From positions 1 through 64,000 of the IMG/VR virus record IMGVR_UViG_3300033072_001141: 64,000 nt of DNA; one strand, 5' to 3'. Within the stretch, counting starts at the first letter, position 1. Every line of letters starts with the position of its first letter. Origin of the DNA: a virus (Duplodnaviria > Caudoviricetes). The notes under the pieces were generated by a model. It was not told the DNA's origin, searched no databases, and saw nothing but the letters and a program-made list of their open reading frames with translations. The position numbers were made by a program, and so were the translations under genes. Positions 1-8,059 of this stretch are shown one piece after another.

Positions 1-10
1 TTGTCCTCGG

Positions 11-316
11 TCACTTCGGTTCGCGCCGATGCTTCGCCCCGGCGCCCTCCTGGTGAGCGTAGCCGTCGTCGCCGTCGTCCGCGTCGGGCCGGTCCTCCAC
101 GTCGGCCTCGCCGGGATCCCGGCCGTGGGCACGGTCGAACGACGGGATGCGGGCGGCGATGCCCGCGTCGGGCCGGGTGATGTGGGGGAAGTTCGTCTTG
201 TACTGGGCGACGATGTCCTTCTTGGACAGCCCGCTCCGCCTGGCCATGGCGAGGAAGTCGTCCTCCTCCTTGGTCCAGCGCGGACGCTGCTTCTTCTGCT
301 CCTGATCCTGCTCCAT
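11..316 (-). CDS. Small protein with Myb/SANT-like N-terminus
   Basis: GAAGGAG RBS before ATG at 316; PRWTKEEDDFL...AGIAARI resembles a Myb repeat. Confidence 0.55.
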   Translation of the reverse strand: MEQDQEQKKQRPRWTKEEDDFLAMARRSGLSKKDIVAQYKTNFPHITRPDAGIAARIPSFDRAHGRDPGEADVEDRPDADDGDDGYAHQEGAGAKHRREPK

Positions 317-410
317 GGCGACTCCTTCTGCGGCTACGAGAGGATGACAGAGGGGGGTATGGCCATGTTTTTGCCGCCCACATTCTGCCATTAGCTGACC
401 GTCTAGCACC

Positions 411-555
411 TCTCATTTGACCGGGAAAGCTAAGATTGTCAAGGGTTGTTGGTATGAGATGACGATTTCCACCCTACAAGAATGGAAAATGGTCATGGTC
501 TCATTTGACCGTGGTGTGATGGTGGAAGGGTGCTGCACCACCATGGTTGGTGGTG
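411..555. repeat. 13-bp direct repeat TCTCATTTGACCG (411-423, 499-511) and inverted repeat CACCACCA/TGGTGGTG (536-555) in an AT-richer intergenic region
   Basis: Read directly from sequence. Confidence 0.8.
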
Positions 556-681
556 TTCCCACCAAGGGTGAAGGCGCTTCGACCTGGGAACTTCTCCCTC
601 TACAGGTGGAAGCTCTCTTCGGGCGCGCGGCCGTTCCCTATCACACGGCGGTCTGGTGTCTGGCCGTGTTCGAGCGAGGCA

Positions 682-1530
682 TCACTCGGGGTCGTTGGGC
701 TCGCCGATCATGTCCTCGCCGTTGTAGGGCTTGGTGGACTCGGCGTGCCGGACGACCACGTCGGTCACTCCCTCGAACCCGGCGATGTCGGCCCGGTGGC
801 CCTCCGCCTCCTCGGGCGAGTAGGGGCCGGCCTTGTGGGCGACTCCCCCGACCATGTAGTGGACCCAGAGCTGCTCTCCCATCGGGACCTCCTTCTGCGG
901 CTCGGCCGCGGCGATGGTCATGTCGAGCTGGATGAACTCGACCGGGGCGGCTTCGACCCTCTCCACGACGATGGTCTCGACCTTCTCGCCGAAGACGGCG
1001 GGGTTGCCGGCGAGGAACCCGTGCGGCGGCGGACCGGCCATCCTGACCCGGTCGAGGAACCTCTGGCGCCTGAGCCGGCGCATGTGGACCACGTGGGTCT
1101 CCGTGTTCATGCCCGGCTGGGTCACGATGTGGATGTCGAGGTTGTCGGTCCCCTCGATGACCTCGACCCTCTCATCGACCGGCGCGGTGAGTGGGCGCCC
1201 GTGCCTCGGCCCGAGGTGCTCGTCCGGCACCTTGAGCGACCTGCACAGGTCCATCATGAGAGCGTCCATCAGTTCGGCGATCGCTCCGTCCGTGTGCAGG
1301 ACCTTGATCTCCGGATCGGGGCGCCGGATCTCGTCCTCCCACATCGCGCCCTGCATCCCGCTCGGCAGGCGGCAGAGGACGGCCTTCCGGTTCGGCACCG
1401 CGGACTCGCACGGCATGACCATGTGCGTCGGCCCCTTGGCGACGGCGAGACGATGGCGCGCGCGGTCGAGCGCTTCCTCGGCTGCCCTCAGCTCCGCCAT
1501 CGCGGCCTGTTGCTCCTCGGACAGCTCCAT
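682..1530 (-). CDS. Hypothetical protein
   Basis: GGAG before ATG at 1530; phage-like codon bias. Confidence 0.6.
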   Translation of the reverse strand: MELSEEQQAAMAELRAAEEALDRARHRLAVAKGPTHMVMPCESAVPNRKAVLCRLPSGMQGAMWEDEIRRPDPEIKVLHTDGAIAELMDALMMDLCRSLKVPDEHLGPRHGRPLTAPVDERVEVIEGTDNLDIHIVTQPGMNTETHVVHMRRLRRQRFLDRVRMAGPPPHGFLAGNPAVFGEKVETIVVERVEAAPVEFIQLDMTIAAAEPQKEVPMGEQLWVHYMVGGVAHKAGPYSPEEAEGHRADIAGFEGVTDVVVRHAESTKPYNGEDMIGEPNDPE

Positions 1531-1556
1531 CGCGCGCTCCTGGCCCCGGGGCCAGA

Positions 1557-1709
1557 TCAGGTGGTCGGCAGGTCGAGCTTGAGGTCGCAGACCGAGCAGT
1601 GGGCCTCCGCCAGCCCCTTCCTCACGTCCTGCGTGGTGCCGCACGTCCGGCACTTCACGCGCACCACTTCGACCGGCTTGCCCTGCTTCGTCGCCTTGAC
1701 CTTGCTCAT
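1557..1709 (-). CDS. 50-aa zinc-ribbon protein (not in ORF track)
   Basis: MSKVKATKQ...CRTC...CSVCDLKLDLPTT; GGAG RBS; lies directly downstream of a promoter. Confidence 0.7.
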   Translation of the reverse strand: MSKVKATKQGKPVEVVRVKCRTCGTTQDVRKGLAEAHCSVCDLKLDLPTT

Positions 1710-1718
1710 GTTCTCCAC

Positions 1719-1746
1719 ATCTTACGGTGTCAGATGCGTCCGTCAA
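1719..1746 (-). promoter_or_regulatory. Sigma70-type promoter TTGACG-16-TAAGAT
   Basis: Consensus match; same -10 as the promoter at 5885. Confidence 0.65.
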
Positions 1747-1948
1747 GCTGAACGTCGATGTCCTGGCTCTTGCCTCGGTTCAGTTCGTCCCGAAGCGTCG
1801 CAACGGCCAGGTCGGCGGCCTCTGGCGATGTGCCTTGGTCCGGCGCGACGATGACGAGCTTCTCCCGGATCGAGACGATCCGAAGACCGCGCCGCTCGGC
1901 CAGCTTGGTGATGATCATGCGCGACAGCGGGTTCGTGATCTCGGTCAT
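1730..1948 (-). CDS. Hypothetical protein
   Basis: ATGA overlap with upstream stop. Confidence 0.6.
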   Translation of the reverse strand: MTEITNPLSRMIITKLAERRGLRIVSIREKLVIVAPDQGTSPEAADLAVATLRDELNRGKSQDIDVQLDGRI

Positions 1949-2295
1949 GGGCGATCACCGCGCATGGCCTTCGAGATGCGCTCCCGGTAGCGGTGGTCTG
2001 GCTCGGCGAACATGCGCTTGACCCCGCAGCTCTCGCCGAGTCGATCGAGGTTCTCCCCTCGCAGGTGCCACTGCTTCTCGTCCTGCCTCCGCAGGAACGC
2101 GAAGAAGCCCATGAGGCTCGTGAGCGCGATCGACGCGACCAGCGCGACCGATGCCACCTGGAAGGCGATGACGGCGAAGACCGGAACCAGGGCGCCCACC
2201 GCCATGATCCCCAAGAGCCCGGTGGCGATGGAGCTGGCGAGAAGAAGAAAGCATCCGATCTGCTCAGACGGGCTCGGTCCGTTTGACTTCGACAT
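1945..2295 (-). CDS. Membrane protein, two predicted TM helices
   Basis: GGAG RBS; long hydrophobic stretch; C-terminal GENLDRLG...YRERI motif. Confidence 0.65.
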   Translation of the reverse strand: MSKSNGPSPSEQIGCFLLLASSIATGLLGIMAVGALVPVFAVIAFQVASVALVASIALTSLMGFFAFLRRQDEKQWHLRGENLDRLGESCGVKRMFAEPDHRYRERISKAMRGDRP

Positions 2296-2956
2296 CGTGC
2301 TCCAGCCTCTCGGCCCAGTATGCCGCGTGTGCCACGTGGTCGTACGCCGGGATGCCCGCACGGTCGAGGTACCTGCGCAGCGCGTCCCTTCCCTCGTTCC
2401 AGAGCACCGCTGCCCACTGCATCGCGATGGGAAGAGGGATCATGCCCACCGGCAGGCCCGCCTCTTCGGCGGCGCGCGCGGTGTGGATGTAGACGTGCCG
2501 GAACGCCGGGCGGTGGTCCGCGCGCTTCACGGTCAGATCCGTCGCCTCGGGCCGGCAGTTGTCGGCCGTGTCGAGGGCGACGAGCGTCCGACACTGGAAC
2601 GGCCGACGCTCGTAGACCGCGCAGTCGTTCGCGTCGGTCAGGAAGACGCACCGCTGCCCCGTCTTGAACCACTGGCGCGAGGTCATGCCGCGACCGATCG
2701 CGAGCGCCTGGGCGTCGCACCACTGGCTCACTCTGGAGACCAGGAACCTGTTCTCCATGGCGGCGAGGTAGAGGTCGAACGCCTCCGGCATCGTGACGGT
2801 CACGAGCTGGTGGCAGCAGTGCGCGCACCCCTTCCGGCACGCCACCTTCTCACCCAGGTCCGCCTCGATCTTGAGCGGGTGGAACGCGTGGTCGATCGTG
2901 TCTCTCACGACCGGCAGCTTTCGCACCGCCCGCCTGAGGCTGCTCCGCTCGCTCAT
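2264..2956 (-). CDS. YkgJ-family (CxxCxxCC) cysteine-cluster protein
   Basis: CRKGCAHCC, CVFL, CAVYERRPFQCR. Confidence 0.85.
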   Translation of the reverse strand: MSERSSLRRAVRKLPVVRDTIDHAFHPLKIEADLGEKVACRKGCAHCCHQLVTVTMPEAFDLYLAAMENRFLVSRVSQWCDAQALAIGRGMTSRQWFKTGQRCVFLTDANDCAVYERRPFQCRTLVALDTADNCRPEATDLTVKRADHRPAFRHVYIHTARAAEEAGLPVGMIPLPIAMQWAAVLWNEGRDALRRYLDRAGIPAYDHVAHAAYWAERLEHDVEVKRTEPV

Positions 2957-3216
2957 CTCGGCCTCATGAGCCACGCGACGAACGCGTCGTTGGTCAGCGC
3001 CTTGTGCCTGGCGGTCTGGATGGTCGCGATCACCTTCTCCGCGGAGCCCCATCCGGTCTGGATCAGGTGCTCGGCGATGACGATGCCCGACCTGTTGCGG
3101 CCCGCGGCGCGAACGTCGGGCGCCATCTCGGCGTAGCCCTCGATCCAGCCGGCGACATCGGGATGCAGCCTCTTCCGTGTCTCGTCCGGCAGCTTGAACC
3201 CCTCGTCGTCCATCAT
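2953..3216 (-). CDS. Hypothetical protein
   Basis: GGAG RBS; stop/start overlaps on both sides. Confidence 0.6.
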   Translation of the reverse strand: MMDDEGFKLPDETRKRLHPDVAGWIEGYAEMAPDVRAAGRNRSGIVIAEHLIQTGWGSAEKVIATIQTARHKALTNDAFVAWLMRPR

Positions 3217-3446
3217 TGGCTCTCCAGGAGGTCGAGGGCTTCCCACCTCTCGACGTACTCTCGAATGTCCTCGCAGGCTTGGCACTGCGCCACGCGCTGC
3301 TCCTCGCAGCGAATCACTTCGCGCTCCACGCTCTCGGTCCACCCCTGGGAGTAGCCGTCGTTGAACACGACCCAGTAGTTCGCTGCCGATGCGGCGAAGC
3401 CGAACACGATCCCCAACAGGATCGCCACTGCGTCGCGCCTGGTCAT
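3213..3446 (-). CDS. Small protein with N-terminal TM helix
   Basis: VAILLGIVFGFAASAANYWVV; ATGA coupling. Confidence 0.6.
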   Translation of the reverse strand: MTRRDAVAILLGIVFGFAASAANYWVVFNDGYSQGWTESVEREVIRCEEQRVAQCQACEDIREYVERWEALDLLESQ

Positions 3447-3817
3447 CGGCTCTCCGGCTTCACGAGCAGCTCGAACATCTGCTCGAAGTCCACCGCGGTG
3501 ACCATGCGCGCGCCCGCCAGCTCCCACCGAAAGTGGGGGCTCCGATCGCTCGGCTTGGTGAGCCAGTAGAACGGCTTCTGGCCTCCGTGCTCCAGCCACG
3601 CGCGGCCCGCCGGTCCCCAGTACGCGGCCCACCCCTTCCACTCCTCGGCGTGCTCGGGCCGAAGGAACGGGATCGGGTCGAGCAGACGGACGCGCGGGAC
3701 CGGGAGCTTGTCGTTCGCAGCGCGGACGATGACTCCGACGTTCCTGGTCTCTCCGCGCAGATCGTCGGCGATGTATCTCGCCAAATACCATTGGTGCTCC
3801 ACCGGAGGCGGCGTCAT
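3443..3817 (-). CDS. DUF3037-like protein
   Basis: WYLARYIADDLRGETRNVGVIV matches the RYxPDxxRxExxNVGV pattern. Confidence 0.6.
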   Translation of the reverse strand: MTPPPVEHQWYLARYIADDLRGETRNVGVIVRAANDKLPVPRVRLLDPIPFLRPEHAEEWKGWAAYWGPAGRAWLEHGGQKPFYWLTKPSDRSPHFRWELAGARMVTAVDFEQMFELLVKPESR

Positions 3818-4332
3818 CGCACGACTCCGGTGGCGATCTTGACGAGTTGGCCGTGTGAGATGCCGTAGCGCTTCGCCATCGATCGGACGCCATCGGAGCG
3901 GTTCGGGTACTCGGCCCTGATCCGATCCACGTCGGCGTCGGACAGCTTCGCTCGCGGGTGTGTCTCACCTGGATGCGAGAGGCGCGCCGTCCCTGCGTCG
4001 ATCGCGTCCTGGAGGTTCTCTCGAACGGTACCGATCACCAGGTGCGCCGGATTGCAGCACGGCGGGTTGTTGCACGTGTGCCGGACGACCATACCGTCAG
4101 GCACCGCTTGCTGGTCCGTGATGGCGCGGACAGCGATGTGCGTGTAGCGCATTTTCCCATCGAACCGGATCTGGCCATAGCCTCCGCGTGTCTCTCGCGG
4201 GCCATGCTTCCCGGTACGCCCGCGCTTCCACGGCCAGCACTCGTCCGGACCTCGACGATCCACTCCGGCCCAGAGCTTCTCGATGAAGCTGGGGGCCAGG
4301 AACCACTGGTGCTCGACAGGCGGACCGCTCAT
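3814..4332 (-). mobile_element. Free-standing HNH homing endonuclease with C-terminal HTH
   Basis: DECWPW, GYGQI, VRHTCNNPPCCNPAHL, HPRAKLS. Confidence 0.9.
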
Positions 4333-4730
4333 CGCCGCTCCATCGGGATGATGTCGTCGAGCGTGTGACACGCGGTGCAGATCACATCTCCGCCGGTGGA
4401 CTTCTCCGGCGCGAAGACCGGCGTGATCGCGAGGGTGACGTGGAACCCGTGCTTGCAGCCTTGGTAGTTGCAGATCGGGCGCTGGCACCTGGAGCACTTG
4501 CCCGTGATCGGGTGAGCATTCGAGCAGAACCCGGCGGCCTTGAGGCAGGCGCCGCACCACCGGTTTCCTTCCTTCATCCGGTTGGACCCGAACGCCGCGA
4601 GATAGTGATCCAACTCGGCGACGAACGCGCCCTCCGAATCGGTGCCGCAGAGCGGCTTCTGATCGTCGTCGTCCGGCTTGCAGACGTGGACGACCTGGTC
4701 GGCGAACGGCGCCTCGATGACGTTGCTCAT
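4329..4730 (-). CDS. Cys-rich zinc-binding hypothetical protein
   Basis: Several CxxC pairs; ATGA coupling. Confidence 0.65.
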   Translation of the reverse strand: MSNVIEAPFADQVVHVCKPDDDDQKPLCGTDSEGAFVAELDHYLAAFGSNRMKEGNRWCGACLKAAGFCSNAHPITGKCSRCQRPICNYQGCKHGFHVTLAITPVFAPEKSTGGDVICTACHTLDDIIPMERR

Positions 4731-5149
4731 CGGTCCCTCGGGTTGGCCTGGAGCCAGGCTTCCTCCAGCTCGGCGTCGGCGAACGGTTCCACCCTCGACG
4801 CGGTCTCCCACCTGGCGTCCACGAACCACTGCGACGCGAGGTAGGCCCAGGCCGCCTCCTTGTGCTCGTGCTTGATGTCGCGGGCGCCGATCAGCACCTC
4901 CAGCGCGCGCCACGCTTCCGCAGCGACGACGCCCTTCTCCTTGTTGGGCAGCAGGCCGAACCGCTTCCAGTCCATGCCCGGCTCCATGCCGAAGCAGGCG
5001 TCGAAGAGTCGGTTCCAGCGCGTCCTGCCGCTCGACCTGAGCGTCCCGAACCCCTCCGGGATCTGATCCCATCCTGGGATCGATCCTTTCAGCGCCGAGG
5101 TGGTCGGGAACGCGCGATCGGCATCGCAAACGATGGGCACAGGGATCAT
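4727..5149 (-). CDS. Conserved-type phage hypothetical protein
   Basis: KHEHKEAAWAYLASQWF motif recalled from phage hypotheticals. Confidence 0.65.
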   Translation of the reverse strand: MIPVPIVCDADRAFPTTSALKGSIPGWDQIPEGFGTLRSSGRTRWNRLFDACFGMEPGMDWKRFGLLPNKEKGVVAAEAWRALEVLIGARDIKHEHKEAAWAYLASQWFVDARWETASRVEPFADAELEEAWLQANPRDR

Positions 5150-5156
5150 GTTGGTC

Positions 5157-5879
5157 TCACGAGTAGTCCGGCTGGGGGAACCAGTCGGGGAAGAGAGGCT
5201 CGAACCTCGCGTGCTCGGCTGGCGAGCAGCTCGACGACGCGCACGTTCCGCGAACGCGGTAGATGGTGACGACCTTGGCCCAGTGCGCGACCGGCTTGTA
5301 GGAGCGCCTCCACGAGAACGCGACCCAGTTCCCGTACGGGAGATCGCCGTCGAGCGACCCGAAGATCGGACGGAAGACGACTCCCCACGGCTCGATGACC
5401 GGAGGACCATCCGGTACAGGGTCGTTCCAGATCTCCGGCTCGCGAGAGACGATCTGGAAGATCGCCGACTGGTTCTCGCGCCTGGCGTAGGTGTCCAGCG
5501 TCACGCGCCGGACCATGTCCGCCAGCTCCTTGGATGCCTCCGCCTGCCTGACCGCGTCGGCCAGGCTGACGCACCTCCCATTCGCCTCCGCGAACGGGAA
5601 CACGAACGGCGTCTCGTACCCGGCACCGAACTGCACCGATGCCCACCAGCGTGACGGCCGAAGGCGCCCGTCCCTCCTGAATCCGTGGATGCGGAGCCGG
5701 ATCGTCGTGATCAGCGGACGGCTCCTACTCCATGGGCCGCCGATGCTCTTGGTCGCCGTCCACGAGTCGGCGGTGCGGTACTCGCCGGTGTGGTCCTGGT
5801 ACGAGTCGCGATGGACCATCCAGTCCCCGTAGAGCGACTCGCGAGGCTCCGCCATCTCGACGCCGTCGGTGTTCATCAC
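5157..5879 (-). CDS. Hypothetical Trp-rich protein
   Basis: 240-aa ORF starting 5-8 nt after a -10 box. Confidence 0.65.
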   Translation of the reverse strand: MMNTDGVEMAEPRESLYGDWMVHRDSYQDHTGEYRTADSWTATKSIGGPWSRSRPLITTIRLRIHGFRRDGRLRPSRWWASVQFGAGYETPFVFPFAEANGRCVSLADAVRQAEASKELADMVRRVTLDTYARRENQSAIFQIVSREPEIWNDPVPDGPPVIEPWGVVFRPIFGSLDGDLPYGNWVAFSWRRSYKPVAHWAKVVTIYRVRGTCASSSCSPAEHARFEPLFPDWFPQPDYS

Positions 5880-5884
5880 TTCTG

Positions 5885-5913
5885 ATCTTACGCTATCGTT
5901 TCGCGCTAGTCAA
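5885..5913 (-). promoter_or_regulatory. Sigma70-type promoter TTGACT-17-TAAGAT, probably leaderless
   Basis: Near-consensus; GTG/ATG follows 5-8 nt later. Confidence 0.75.
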
Positions 5914-6291
5914 CCCGCTTCGCCACTTGGCCATCACCTCGATCTCTTCGTCGGGACCGATGACCTCCAGGCGCTCTGGGTAGACCCTCAGGGAGTAGCC
6001 GTGGGTGGCGTCGAGCTGCTTCGACAGGCCCACGTCACCCATGCGGCTGGTCATCACGACGCGCGCCACGTCGCCCGACTTCCATCCGCGCTCTCGGGCG
6101 TGCGCGAGGATGGCTGCCCGAATGTCGTCATCCGATCCGAGCGGCGGCATCGGCGCCTTCACCGTCTCGGCGATCCTGGTCACCTCCTCGCGGTAGAGCG
6201 CCAGGTCCGTCCGCTCCGGGAAGACGCGGACGAGTTTCATGTGAAACGGGTACGGGCTCAGCGCCGCCATCTGCCGCACCGAATGGACCAC
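5893..6291 (-). CDS. Hypothetical protein (start uncertain)
   Basis: ORF track; codon bias. Confidence 0.55.
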   Translation of the reverse strand: MVHSVRQMAALSPYPFHMKLVRVFPERTDLALYREEVTRIAETVKAPMPPLGSDDDIRAAILAHARERGWKSGDVARVVMTSRMGDVGLSKQLDATHGYSLRVYPERLEVIGPDEEIEVMAKWRSGLTSAKR

Positions 6292-6791
6292 GCCCTCGCG
6301 CCGTCGGCGGTCGCTGGGTGAACGATGATCCCGTAGACGAAGAACACCGTGGCCTTGGCCATGAGGTCGCGGACGGTCTCCCGCGCGCGGCGCACGAAGC
6401 TGTCGTCGGAGACGCTGTCGTTCTGGATGGCCATGGTGTGGGTGGCCATCACCACCGGGTGGAAGTCTTCCGTCGGCTCGGGCTCCGACGGCTCGGGGCC
6501 TTCTGTCGGCTCGGACTCCGACGGCTCGGGGCAGACGAGCCGTTGCTCGATCTCTTCGTCTCGGAACGGCTTGCCTCCGAGGAGGCCCTCGATGGGGTAG
6601 CGCGCGAGATGGGCGGTCTGGCCGCTGCCCACGCGAACACCGTCCAGGATCTCGCGCAGAAGACGCGCGTTCCGCTCGTCGAGCGGGGACACACCGTCGT
6701 CCATGCGACGAGCTTGCGCGTAGGCGAGCAGGCCGTCGCCGAACACGGCGAGCGTCTGCCCTTCCACCGCGGAGAGTCGGGGGCGCTCCAT
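6258..6791 (-). CDS. Hypothetical protein with PEPSE(S/P)EPTE repeat
   Basis: TGATG coupling to the Gp157 stop. Confidence 0.6.
   Translation of the reverse strand: MERPRLSAVEGQTLAVFGDGLLAYAQARRMDDGVSPLDERNARLLREILDGVRVGSGQTAHLARYPIEGLLGGKPFRDEEIEQRLVCPEPSESEPTEGPEPSEPEPTEDFHPVVMATHTMAIQNDSVSDDSFVRRARETVRDLMAKATVFFVYGIIVHPATADGARAWSIRCGRWRR
6472..6531. repeat. Two 27-bp near-identical copies at 33-bp period
   Basis: 6472-6498 and 6505-6531, one mismatch. Confidence 0.85.
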
Positions 6792-7288
6792 CACTTCACC
6801 GTGAGGGACGGCTGGCCGTCTTCGAGGTGAGCCCCGGGGACCTGGCCGCCTTCCTCCAGGACCTTCTTGATGGCGACCTTGTCGGCCTCCTTCTTGGTCC
6901 TGACGAACTCCGGCGGAAGCATCTCCAGGTCGCCGACGACCACGGACTTCCGCGGCTTGTTGACCGTGATCCCGAAGAGCTTCGTCTTGAGCTTGTCGAT
7001 GCCGGCCGCCACGAGCTGGGCCAGCAGGTAGCCGCGGACGGAATCGGCGCGGTTCTCCAGCGCCTTCCTCCGCTTCGCGAGTCTGGCCTCCTCGGTCTTG
7101 AGCGCCTCGGCCTCTGCCTCCCACTCCCGGGCGAGCACCACGATGCTCTGGGCCTTGTTCTCGATGCCGTCCTCGATGGAGTCGAGCGCGGCCTTGAGGA
7201 CCACGTCCTCCGCCGTCTCACTGCCCTCCGTCTCCTCGATGCGACGGTTGATCAGCCGGTATGCTTCGCCCAGCTCGTAGAGCTTCAT
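6791..7288 (-). CDS. Siphovirus Gp157-family protein
   Basis: MKLYEL...IENKA...EEARL..RRKALEN...DKVAIKKVL..G..VPGAHL. Confidence 0.9.
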   Translation of the reverse strand: MKLYELGEAYRLINRRIEETEGSETAEDVVLKAALDSIEDGIENKAQSIVVLAREWEAEAEALKTEEARLAKRRKALENRADSVRGYLLAQLVAAGIDKLKTKLFGITVNKPRKSVVVGDLEMLPPEFVRTKKEADKVAIKKVLEEGGQVPGAHLEDGQPSLTVK

Positions 7289-7314
7289 CGCTTCACCTCA
7301 AAGTGTGAAAGGCG

Positions 7315-7342
7315 ATGATACACGCTCACGACTGACAGTCAA
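7315..7342 (-). promoter_or_regulatory. Sigma70-type promoter TTGACT-16-TATCAT; near-palindrome GACTG-A-CAGTC (7330-7340) overlaps the -35
   Basis: Consensus match upstream of the Gp157 RBS. Confidence 0.7.
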
Positions 7343-7345
7343 TGC

Positions 7346-7561
7346 TTACTTGACGCGACGAAGATGCGGCGTCTTCTTGACGCTCCTGCACTCGCTGCAC
7401 TGCGGCTGGTTCCTCACCACGTCGCCTTCGGCCCTCAGGCCGAACTTGGCGCCCGGCTTCCACCTTCGGCACTTCGTGCAGCGGAACATCACAGAGGTCA
7501 AGACAACGTTCATCGGGTACTCGACGCGGTACTCCGGACCGAGATCCTCGACCTCTTTCAT
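7346..7561 (-). CDS. Small zinc-finger protein
   Basis: CTKC...CSEC; ATGA overlap with the Endo VII stop (alternative start 7513). Confidence 0.6.
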   Translation of the reverse strand: MKEVEDLGPEYRVEYPMNVVLTSVMFRCTKCRRWKPGAKFGLRAEGDVVRNQPQCSECRSVKKTPHLRRVK

Positions 7562-8019
7562 GTGACACCAACGTAGTCCGAAACGCGACGAAGCAGTCCC
7601 ATCGCGCTCAGCTTCTCGTACTGGCCAACCATGAGGTTGCACGACTGACAGAGCAGGCCGCGGACCCTTCCGGTCGCGTGACAGTGATCCACGACCAACG
7701 TCGGACCCTTGCGCGGCTGAGGCGGCGTCTGCTGACATACGAGGCATCTGCCTCCCTGCGCGACGACCATCTCGTCGTATCCGTCCAGCGACATCCCGTA
7801 CTTGCGAAGGAGGTGGTTGGACCTGCTGCTCCGACGAACCTTGTCGGGGTTCCGCTCACGCCACTCCTTCGTCCTGGCCTTCGCTGCTTCTGGATTCTCT
7901 TGGTATCTCTTCTGGTTCCGAGACTTGTTGTAACCAGCCAACCTCTGGCGCTCCGCGAGCCTCTGCTCGTCCGTCATCTGAGCGCGCTTCTTGGCCTGGT
8001 ACTTCGCCTGCGGAGTCAT
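7558..8019 (-). mobile_element. Endonuclease VII-family free-standing endonuclease
   Basis: KYG...QGGRCLVC...VVDHCHATGRVRGLLCQSCN. Confidence 0.9.
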
Positions 8020-8059
8020 CCGCTATGTGTATCGTACTGGCAGTCGATGAGCACCACGT

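Noticed and set aside
414-442. TTGACA promoter on the minus strand
   Set aside because: No TAnnnT at 16-18 nt spacing.
1492-1530. MELSEEQQAAMAE as another capsid leader
   Set aside because: It lacks the second hydrophobic position and lies in the early region, so it may be a chance match.
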